Shown: in pieces, positions 8,601-15,765 of the stretch | Layout: each line of letters begins with the position of its first letter | Position numbering within the stretch: position 1 is the stretch's first letter | Source: Dehalococcoidales bacterium | GTDB lineage: Bacteria > Chloroflexota > Dehalococcoidia > Dehalococcoidales > UBA2162 | Direction of reading: 5' to 3' | Length of the DNA: 39,654 nucleotides | Assembly (NCBI GenBank): GCA_030698765.1 | Contig: JAUYMF010000145.1 | Location: forward strand, 1 to 39,654 | Program-made: the position numbers and the translations under genes | Notes under the pieces: generated by a model | Seen by the model: only the letters and a program-made list of their open reading frames with translations | Database searches by the model: none | Told to the model about the DNA's origin: nothing

Positions 8601-8629
8601 ATTCTAGCAGTAGGGGAATGTATGTGCAA
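8601..8629 (-). promoter_or_regulatory. candidate inward-facing promoter in the IS right end
   Basis: Minus strand TTGCAC (8629-8624, inside IR-R), 17-nt spacer, TAGAAT (8606-8601). The predicted start falls at the 13-nt arm 8594-8582. Confidence 0.45.
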
Positions 8630-8647
8630 CTAAGATTCAGTAGAACC
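8626..8647 (-). repeat. IS right terminal inverted repeat
   Basis: Reverse complement GGTTCTACTGAATCTTAGTTGC pairs with IR-L. Confidence 0.75.
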
Positions 8648-8654
8648 CCGCACC

Positions 8655-8877
8655 GGTTCTGTTTGCATTTGGTTGGTTTTATTTGTCATTGCGAGGAGTC
8701 CGCCTCCGGTGGACGACGTGGCAATCTGGGGGTAAGGGATAATTCCGCCCCCGCCGAGATTGCTTCGCCCTCGGGACTTCGGCGTGAGCTCAGTCGAACG
8801 CTGAACTCGGGCTGAAGCCTTCCGCCTGTGGCGGAATGGTATCGTAATGACACCGCCAACCAAAACCGAATAATACC
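8655..8877 (-). mobile_element. MITE-like structured repeat, copy A
   Basis: Reverse complement aligns end to end with 16979-17210. A ~125-nt block has 5 mismatches, followed by two conserved stems with replaced loops. Flanked by GCCGCACC (split by the IS) and GCCGCACG. Confidence 0.75.
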
Positions 8878-9034
8878 GCCGCACGTCCTTGCACTTCAGT
8901 CTCCGGTGACGCTATTAACAGACAGGTGACATTATTAACGCTGTTTCCTTTCAGGAGGGTTCAGGAAGAGGAGCGAAGCCCCTCTTATACTCCCCTGATA
9001 ACCACAGAGGCACCACCGTTCAGGTATCCCAATA

Positions 9035-9063
9035 TTGACAATCAACCGTGCCTCACAGATAAT
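9035..9063 (+). promoter_or_regulatory. candidate promoter of the cupin gene
   Basis: TTGACA (9035-9040), 17-nt spacer, GATAAT (9058-9063). Confidence 0.5.
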
Positions 9064-9138
9064 ACTATAGCAGGCAAAGCGTCCGGTCTGAGCGGAGGCT
9101 TTCCGGATAAATATAGATACAGGAGGAAGACGCAAAAA

Positions 9139-9603
9139 ATGGCGAAAGTTGGAGACACGCAACAGGGTATCGCCCGGATGGCCCGCGAGGTAGACGAAGA
9201 ATGGCAGAAGTCACGCGTGGTGAGGAAAAGCGAGGAACTGAAGTTCGAGACCAACGAAACAGGCACTACCGCCCAGGTGATAAATAACAAACTGGGCTTC
9301 TCCAATAAACAGATTAGCTCCTTCATCCGCGAGATACCCGTCGGCTGGAAGAGCGGCAAGCACAAGCACAACATGGAAGCCATCATCATGATTATCCAGG
9401 GCGAAGGTTACACGGTAGTCGACGGTACCAAACACGAATGGAAGAAAGGCGACGTCATCAGCGTCCCCCCGATGACCGTTCACCAGCATTTCAACACCGG
9501 CAAGACGGAGGCCGCCCGTTTCTTTGCCGTGACCACCATCCCCCTGATGGTGAATATAGGTTCCTTTGTCGCCGAACAACTGGAGAACGCCGGCAAAATC
9601 TAG
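9139..9603 (+). CDS. cupin-domain protein
   Basis: GKHKHNMEAIIMIIQGEGYTVVDG...GDVISVPPMTVHQHFN is a two-motif cupin signature. Start moved to ATG 9139 (AGGAGGA RBS); the upstream part of ORF 8926 is non-coding-like. Confidence 0.75.
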   Translation: MAKVGDTQQGIARMAREVDEEWQKSRVVRKSEELKFETNETGTTAQVINNKLGFSNKQISSFIREIPVGWKSGKHKHNMEAIIMIIQGEGYTVVDGTKHEWKKGDVISVPPMTVHQHFNTGKTEAARFFAVTTIPLMVNIGSFVAEQLENAGKI

Positions 9604-9717
9604 ACAGGCGGATAAGCGCTTAGCGGAAATCAAAAGTCCGGTATTTCAGGCTTAGCAAAGCCTGACGAGGACTGGAGAAGAATAACCTGGTTTCCAGCTT
9701 TCCGGAGAGAAGCCGGG

Positions 9718-11538
9718 CTATGCTTTATTTTTTAAATAATCCAGGAAATCCTGCTTTAGCTGGGGATAAAGTACCGCACCCTTGAAATTCAGGGGAATCG
9801 GGGCAAACCGGATGCGGTCAGGGCGGGCGCCTTTGGACACCTTTCCCGTGGCGGTTCCCATGAAATCAGCCTTCAGCCGCGCTTCCATCCCAACCACTTC
9901 TCCGGCAAGCTCAATGGTCACGCAGCAGCTATCCTCGTGCTCGCTTTCCAGCCTGAGACCAACCACGGCCAATTTGAAATGGTTGGGTTGTAACTGAAAG
10001 TCTTCGAGCAAGATTTCGGACAGCTCAGCGGCAATCTGCTCATAGGCATAGTTAGCCCCGCCGCGAATCAGTAGCGCCGAATCGCGTGATAGCCAGTAGT
10101 AATCAAGCTCCCTGTCTCTGGCGTTCTTCAAGGTAAAAACTATATCCCTCAGGCCTGTATACCACCCCTCGCGGAACACTTCTGCGGTGGCCTGAGCATC
10201 ACCGACATACCCGCTCATCACATTTGGACCCTGAGTGACCAAATAGCCGGGCTCGCCGTCTTCGCAGGCGCGGAAATAGTCCTTGCTCCCCGGATCAATC
10301 GCTTTCACTACTTTAACCCGGGTAAACGGGTAATGCTCTCTGCCAATATAATAACCGGCGGCTTCTTCCCCCTGATAGCTATGTGCCCAGCCAGCCTGAA
10401 AGGCTTCCATAAGCCCGTCAGATGACAATGTTGTCGGCGTAGCCATCACCTGAAGGCAGGTCTCCGTCGACCCGAAACGGACGTGAGGCAATTTCTGACT
10501 GAAGCTGAGGATGCGGTTGACCGTCGTCGGGCCGACGGGTGCCGAACCTATCAGAATCTCGGTCTGTTCCAGGGCTTTGCTAATCTCAGCCCGGTCAACC
10601 GCCAGCCGGGACTCACCAAGCAGAGAATCCAGAAAATCGATATGCCGGGAGACCAGGGAGGTAATGAGCAGCCCCCGTTTGTGCTGGGCTACCTCGACCA
10701 GTATTTTCCAGTAAGCCGAGGTATACCGCTCCAGGAGATGGACAACCGCCCCGCTGCGCCGCATGCCCCAGTCAGCCAGGGCTGAGGAATTCGTATGGTG
10801 CAAGGGATTGACCAGCAGCAGGTCCAGCGGCGTGTCCGCTGAGATGTTGAAATAATATTCAAAGGTGAGCCGGGTGGCCAGGTAGCTGCGGTGCGGGAGA
10901 CTGACTCCCTTGGGTTTGCCCGTAGTGCCGGAGGTAAAAATGATCATTTTTTCGTCATCATAGTTGAGTTCCGGGTAAGCCACAGAGTCACCGCTCCGGT
11001 AATCCTCAATGTTAGCGGCGGGGAGGAAATAGACTGAGGGAAGGGAAGGCTTTATCTCCTCCACCCTGCCGGCGAAGCCCTCATCATAGACCATCACTCT
11101 GGCATCCGTCAGCTGCGTCTTGTAGATAATGTGCTCATTGTCATCCGCCTGCCAGTTGATGGTAACCGGCACACAGCCCATCAGCATCGCCGCCAGTCTG
11201 AAGACCAGGTCATAGAGACTATTCGCCGAAAAGCCAAGGATAATACGGTTACCTTTACCCAGTCCCCGGTCGCTGAGATAAGCCGCCGCCGACTCAGCCA
11301 GGCTCCAGAACTCCCCCCTGGTCAGGGTACGTTTCTGGATGCTACCCCCCACAAAGGTATAGTAATTAAGAAAGACAGAACCCCGGTCAGCAAAGGCAGC
11401 CCGGTACTCATCCAGAGGGGAGGGAAAGGGGGTCAGGGAAGTAACAGGACGACCATCGCTGAGATCATATAAACCGACACTATTCTCCGACAATTTAGCT
11501 CCTGGTTTCCATCTTTCTGGGCGCGGTGATTTCGCCAT
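9718..11538 (-). CDS. AMP-dependent synthetase/ligase (acyl-CoA synthetase-like)
   Basis: IIFTSGTTGKPKGV AMP-binding core motif plus downstream adenylate-forming layout. Start set to ATG 11538 (GGAG 6 nt upstream). The track N-terminus overlaps the nitrilase gene and is rejected. Confidence 0.8.
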   Translation of the reverse strand: MAKSPRPERWKPGAKLSENSVGLYDLSDGRPVTSLTPFPSPLDEYRAAFADRGSVFLNYYTFVGGSIQKRTLTRGEFWSLAESAAAYLSDRGLGKGNRIILGFSANSLYDLVFRLAAMLMGCVPVTINWQADDNEHIIYKTQLTDARVMVYDEGFAGRVEEIKPSLPSVYFLPAANIEDYRSGDSVAYPELNYDDEKMIIFTSGTTGKPKGVSLPHRSYLATRLTFEYYFNISADTPLDLLLVNPLHHTNSSALADWGMRRSGAVVHLLERYTSAYWKILVEVAQHKRGLLITSLVSRHIDFLDSLLGESRLAVDRAEISKALEQTEILIGSAPVGPTTVNRILSFSQKLPHVRFGSTETCLQVMATPTTLSSDGLMEAFQAGWAHSYQGEEAAGYYIGREHYPFTRVKVVKAIDPGSKDYFRACEDGEPGYLVTQGPNVMSGYVGDAQATAEVFREGWYTGLRDIVFTLKNARDRELDYYWLSRDSALLIRGGANYAYEQIAAELSEILLEDFQLQPNHFKLAVVGLRLESEHEDSCCVTIELAGEVVGMEARLKADFMGTATGKVSKGARPDRIRFAPIPLNFKGAVLYPQLKQDFLDYLKNKA

Positions 11539-12352
11539 ATAACTCCGGAGACCGGTCAGAGATAAAGTCCATCTCAAACTCGCCGGGCTTAAAAACCATG
11601 CGCTTCTGTCTGGCGTCTTCCAGGTTAAGCTCGGCGTAAATGACCTCTTCATCTTCCTTGCCGGCTTCCGCCAGGGTATCTCCCCAGGCATCAACGATTT
11701 TGCTATTGCCCAGGAACCTGGCGCCTCGCTCGACACCAACACGATCGACCGCCACAAAGTGCACCTTGTTCTCAAAAGCGCGGGAGTTGACCACGAACCT
11801 GGCAATCTTTCCCCGACCGTCCGGCCAGTTGGTCGGCAATACCAGGATATCCGCACCCCCCAGCGTCATAATCCGGGCGCACTCGGGAAAGTTAGTATCG
11901 TAACAGATATGCAGACCGATATTGCCGATCGGGGTGTTGTACACCCGGAACGGCTCATTGCCGCGGTCAACGAAACGGTCTATACCGAGAAAGGGCAGGT
12001 GGTTTTTGCGGTACCTTCCCACCAGTCCACCCGGCCCGATGAGGACGGCAGCATTAAAGCACCTGTCACCGTCTATCTCCAGCAGACCGACGACGACATG
12101 GACGCCGAGCTCCCGGCAACAAGCAGCCAGTTTCTCGGTACCGGGGCCGGGGATAGTCTCCATGAATGGTATCGCCTCTTCCCGGCTGGCGTAAACGTAG
12201 CCGGGCAAGGCGCATTCCGGGAACACTACCAGGTCAGCCCCGTTACCGGCCGCAGTCCTCGTTTCTCTGAGTATTTTATCGAGGTTCTCCCGGTTGGCCA
12301 TTATTTTAGGGTCCATCTGGACTCCGGCGACTTTTACTTTGTCATTCATCAC
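11495..12352 (-). CDS. carbon-nitrogen hydrolase (nitrilase superfamily)
   Basis: E-K-C triad context: VVFPECALPGY, RYRKNHLP, GLHICYDTNFPE. Confidence 0.85.
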   Translation of the reverse strand: MMNDKVKVAGVQMDPKIMANRENLDKILRETRTAAGNGADLVVFPECALPGYVYASREEAIPFMETIPGPGTEKLAACCRELGVHVVVGLLEIDGDRCFNAAVLIGPGGLVGRYRKNHLPFLGIDRFVDRGNEPFRVYNTPIGNIGLHICYDTNFPECARIMTLGGADILVLPTNWPDGRGKIARFVVNSRAFENKVHFVAVDRVGVERGARFLGNSKIVDAWGDTLAEAGKEDEEVIYAELNLEDARQKRMVFKPGEFEMDFISDRSPELYGEITAPRKMETRS

Positions 12353-12437
12353 TTTACCTCAACTCGACTATTTGGCTGGCATTAGCTCCGGCATTGCCAA
12401 ACAATCCCCTCATAAGCGGTTTCAGCCATTAGCATAT

Positions 12438-12484
12438 CAAAGTATAAACTGAATAGCCATGAATGACAAATAGTTTATACTTTG
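12438..12484. promoter_or_regulatory. perfect 13-bp inverted repeat (candidate operator) in a divergent promoter region
   Basis: CAAAGTATAAACT (12438-12450) and AGTTTATACTTTG (12472-12484), 21-nt spacer. A minus-strand promoter TTGTCA(12469-12464)-17-TATACT(12446-12441) overlaps the left arm. Confidence 0.5.
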
Positions 12485-12616
12485 ACAATAATCAGACCGG
12501 TTGCCTGGAAATTTATCCGCAGCTTTACGAATGAGTAAAACGTTGACAGGCGGAGAGAAGCGGTAGTAGCATATCTAACCAGATAAAACAATCACTTTTC
12601 CGCGGAGAGCTATCAT

Positions 12617-13204
12617 TTGGAAAATAGCCCGGCAACCGAAGACACGGCGCTGAAACCTCCGGGTAAGAAAGTTTGCACTGCCTGCGGTACCATAAATTAC
12701 TCCTCCTCCATCTATTGTTATAAATGTGGCGCGGAGCTGCCGGGCCAGGTCGATGACAGGGTAGAGGCGCCGGGAAATCCGGCCGGCTTCTGGGTAAGGT
12801 CCCTGGCATTTGTTATTGACCGGACATTCCTGGTGATAATCGGGGTCGCGCTTGTTGTAGTCTTTACCGGAACATCACTGGCAGAAGCACTGGCACAGTA
12901 TTTTGACCTCAATAGGCCGGTTTCCGGAGGTGAATATCTGATTGGCATCGGCACTGAGATTACCTACTGGACACTGACAACAGGCACCTGGGGGAAGACT
13001 ATCGGGAAGGCGATGCTGCGTCTCAAAGTCACCAGAGTTGACGGTTCCAGGCTTACCTATGCCCGCGCCTTTGCCAGGTACTGGGCATATTACGTATCCA
13101 TACTCACACTGGGCCTCGGCTTTATCGCCATTGCTCTCAGCTCTAAGAAGAGAGGGTTCCATGACTTCATCTGCGATACCAAGGTATCAAAGCAGGAAGT
13201 ATAG
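12617..13204 (+). CDS. zinc-ribbon plus RDD-family membrane protein
   Basis: N-terminal CTACG..x..CYKCG zinc ribbon; RDD-type core (AGFWVRSLAFVIDR..., GKTIGKAMLRLKV, GFHDFICDT). TTG start. Confidence 0.7.
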   Translation: MENSPATEDTALKPPGKKVCTACGTINYSSSIYCYKCGAELPGQVDDRVEAPGNPAGFWVRSLAFVIDRTFLVIIGVALVVVFTGTSLAEALAQYFDLNRPVSGGEYLIGIGTEITYWTLTTGTWGKTIGKAMLRLKVTRVDGSRLTYARAFARYWAYYVSILTLGLGFIAIALSSKKRGFHDFICDTKVSKQEV

Positions 13205-13219
13205 AGGTGTACTGCTGTT

Positions 13220-14113
13220 ATGCAATCCTGGGTACTGCTGGTCCTGGCCTTCGCGCCGGGCATTTTCTGGCTCTGGCTGATATACCAGCGGGATAAGTTC
13301 AGGCCGGAGCCAAAAGCCCTGGTGGTGCGGACGTTCCTGTGGGGTATGGCTGTCGCCATTCCGGTAAGCGTAATGGAATTCGCGCTGTACCCACAAGCCG
13401 GAGACATCCTTCAGACCGATAACCTTTCTCTGGGAACCATTGCTTACATCTCTTTTATCGTTACCGGGCTGACGGAAGAGCTGGGGAAATTTCTGGTGGT
13501 CAGAAGAACGGTATATGACTCCCCTTATTTTGACGAGCCGATGGATGGGATTGTCTATGCTTCCGCTTCAGCGCTGGGTTTCGCCTCACTGGAGAACGCC
13601 GGATATATTATCACTTTCGGCTGGCAGGTCATTCTGGCGAGAGGGCCATTCTCTACCTTGGCCCATGTTCTTTTTTCCGTGATGTGGGGATACCCGCTGG
13701 GACTTAGCAAGCTCGGCAGGCCCGGCAGCAAAGCCCTGCTATGGCTGGGACTGGTAGGATCGATGGTAACCCACGGCCTGTTCGACTTTCTTCTTTTCAC
13801 GAATAGCGCCTACAGCTTCCTGGTGATACCCCTGTTTCTTGGTGCCGGATTGCTTTTCCTCATAATCCTGAAACAGGCGCGCCAGATTTCGCCGTATAAG
13901 GAAAAGGTCGGGGAACTGGTGGTAAAGTGTCCGAACTGTGGCAGCGATGTTCCATATTACGCCGATTTCTGCACTTCATGTGGGGCTGAGCTGGGGAAAG
14001 CAACAGTGAAGGATATTATCTTCTGTAGCCGGTGCGGGGCGCCGCTGGACAATAATGTCAGCTTCTGTACATCATGCGGAAGCCGTATCAACAGAAAATC
14101 GGGCGCCAGGTAA
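13220..14113 (+). CDS. PrsW-family intramembrane protease with C-terminal double zinc ribbons
   Basis: FAPGIFWLWLIYQRDKFRPEP, TEELGKF and HGLFDF motifs typical of PrsW. The C-terminus has CPNCG..CTSCG and CSRCG..CTSCG. Confidence 0.75.
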   Translation: MQSWVLLVLAFAPGIFWLWLIYQRDKFRPEPKALVVRTFLWGMAVAIPVSVMEFALYPQAGDILQTDNLSLGTIAYISFIVTGLTEELGKFLVVRRTVYDSPYFDEPMDGIVYASASALGFASLENAGYIITFGWQVILARGPFSTLAHVLFSVMWGYPLGLSKLGRPGSKALLWLGLVGSMVTHGLFDFLLFTNSAYSFLVIPLFLGAGLLFLIILKQARQISPYKEKVGELVVKCPNCGSDVPYYADFCTSCGAELGKATVKDIIFCSRCGAPLDNNVSFCTSCGSRINRKSGAR

Positions 14114-14191
14114 TCAGGACGACCGCAGTTTACTTTAATAGAGACGGACGGACTGAAGCCAGCGAATTTGCTGTCAGTTCGATTCCAGGAA

Positions 14192-15205
14192 TCAAGCAAT
14201 CCTCTTATCCGAGCTCAAGCTGACCGCCATCTTTATCGCTTCCTCAAGGCTCCGCGAATCGGCAATCCCCTTACCGGCAATGTCAAAGGCGGTACCGTGG
14301 TCGACAGAAGTCCGCACCAGGGGTAACCCCAGGGCAACGCTGACACTTTGCTCAAAGCCGTATACCTTTACCGGGATATGCCCCTGGTCATGGTACATTG
14401 CCAGGACAACATCAAACTCCCCGCCAAGGGCACGGTTAAACACAGAATCGGCCGGAAAAGGCCCGCGGGCATCGATAGCTAAACTCCGGGCGTCCTGTAC
14501 CGCCGGTTCAATCTGCTCGAGTTCTTCGCTGCCAAAGAGCCCTCCCTCCCCGGCATGGGGATTGAGCGCGGCAACTCCGATGCGGGGGTGCTCAATCCCC
14601 CACCCCCGGAAAGAATCATGGGTCAGTTTAAGCCGGGCCAGGACTCTCTCCCTGGTAACCAGGTCACAAGCCTGTCTCAGGGAATGGTGAGTGGTCAGAT
14701 GTACCACCCGCAGACTGCCGCTGACCAGCATGGTAGCATACTCGGTGGCTCCGGTAAGACGCGCCAGGAATTCCAGGTGCCCCACCTCCCCGTATCCTCC
14801 CCGCCGGGTCGCTTCTTTGTTAATCGGCGCCGTGACCAGGGCACTGACTTCACCATTCAAAGCCAGCCGGGCCGCTTCAGCGATGTATTCCATAGCTGCC
14901 CGACCACAGGGAGCGCATACCTGACCACGGACAATTTCTTCTCGTTTCAGGTTGTGCAGGTCAAGAAGCTCGATAGTACCATACTGTCCCTCAAGCCCGT
15001 CTGCCGATTTCACCGGGCGCAATCGCAACCGCTTGCCCGCCAGCTTTATCGCTTCCTGTATGACAAAACCTTCACCCACCACCAGGGGACGGCAAATACC
15101 ATAGATTGACACGGAGAGAAGAGCTTTGACAACAACCTCGGGGCCGATGCCGGCGGCATCACCCATGGTTATGGCAATAACCGGTCTTTCTTCCAGTAGA
15201 GTCAT
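14192..15205 (-). CDS. pdxA: PdxA-family 4-hydroxythreonine-4-phosphate dehydrogenase-like protein
   Basis: IAITMGDAAGIGPEV, VTAPINK, LNPHAGE.G and MYHDQGHIP motifs. Start moved to ATG 15205. Confidence 0.8.
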   Translation of the reverse strand: MTLLEERPVIAITMGDAAGIGPEVVVKALLSVSIYGICRPLVVGEGFVIQEAIKLAGKRLRLRPVKSADGLEGQYGTIELLDLHNLKREEIVRGQVCAPCGRAAMEYIAEAARLALNGEVSALVTAPINKEATRRGGYGEVGHLEFLARLTGATEYATMLVSGSLRVVHLTTHHSLRQACDLVTRERVLARLKLTHDSFRGWGIEHPRIGVAALNPHAGEGGLFGSEELEQIEPAVQDARSLAIDARGPFPADSVFNRALGGEFDVVLAMYHDQGHIPVKVYGFEQSVSVALGLPLVRTSVDHGTAFDIAGKGIADSRSLEEAIKMAVSLSSDKRIA

Positions 15206-15398
15206 AACACCCACCGGGGAAATTAATACCTGTCCTTTTGATTTTGAATGTAGACCATCTGTCCTCACCTGTCAATAGTCTGGTTAGGAGACCGTTGGCA
15301 AAGTCAGGGTACTTTACCCACTGATAAGCTTTTCACAAGCCAGCGATTAGACGGGACAGTCCTCTATTACTACGGACTTCTCCGCAAAATTAACCAAT

Positions 15399-15563
15399 GT
15401 GGTCGATTTTTCTTTTGTGAATGATTTGGTGAAAGACCGCTACACGCCGGATTTTGGTAGACCTGCTGAAGCAGAAGGGACTGGCTCAAAGTATACGCAC
15501 TCAATGAAACCAGCGGCTGCTTCATTCACCGGAGATAACCGCCTTCCCTTTGATTTCCCCTGA
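15399..15563 (+). pseudogene. relic of an IS1182/IS5-type transposase N-terminal (DUF772-like) domain
   Basis: The 54-codon frame VVDFSFVNDLVKDRYTPDFGRPAEA... matches the remembered DUF772 pattern (iDfSFi..lv...Ys..GRPa), then loses similarity and stops. Confidence 0.4.
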
Positions 15564-15765
15564 AGATTTTTTCAAAACACCGGTAACCAATTAGCCGCTT
15601 TTCCGTTATATATAACAAATGGGCAAGCGGCACTTTTATATTCGAGCCTGTAGGGTCGGCAGGCTGACCTCTGCGGACTGATGAGCTATCTCTTTGAGAT
15701 TTGGGGTCAGTATTTAGAAGTGTAATATTAGCCTGTGGACTATGATCTCGGAACAGGAGGAAAAA

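Larger units (their letters stand above)
6888..8647 (+). mobile_element. IS6-family-like insertion sequence (~1.76 kb) with a passenger ORF
   Basis: 22/23-bp imperfect terminal inverted repeats (20 matches), flanked by the direct repeat CCGCACC (6881-6887 and 8648-8654). Contains a DDE transposase. Visibly more AT-rich than its surroundings. Confidence 0.8.

Noticed and set aside
8564-8884. Track ORFs 8564..8815(+), 8630..8884(-), 16931..17158(+) and 16993..17253(+), encoding peptides such as ...CHCEESASGG... and ...LLAMTNKTNQ....
   Set aside because: They lie entirely within the MITE-like repeat copies and are open on both strands. They lack RBSs, and their similarity is explained by DNA-level repeat identity, so they are spurious translations.
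8926-9138. N-terminal 71 codons of ORF 8926..9603, and similar long 5' extensions of ORFs 27208..27978, 34706..36655, 14192..15268, 17260..17826 and 5209..6396.
   Set aside because: Internal ATGs with good Shine-Dalgarno sequences coincide with the family-typical N-termini. The upstream parts overlap promoters or operators or have no coding character.
9646-9665. 8-bp stem / 4-nt loop hairpin (TCAGGCTT AGCA AAGCCTGA) between the convergent cupin and ligase genes, considered as a bidirectional terminator.
   Set aside because: There is no U-tract on either strand, so it is not reported as a terminator feature. It may still be an RNA-stabilising or Rho-related element.
9718-11856. The 712-aa version of the ligase ORF (start 11856).
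   Set aside because: Its first ~106 codons run antisense-frame through the 3' half of the nitrilase gene and look like low-complexity Arg/Ser/Trp-rich shadow sequence. An ATG with GGAG at 11538 gives a normal-length adenylate-forming enzyme.
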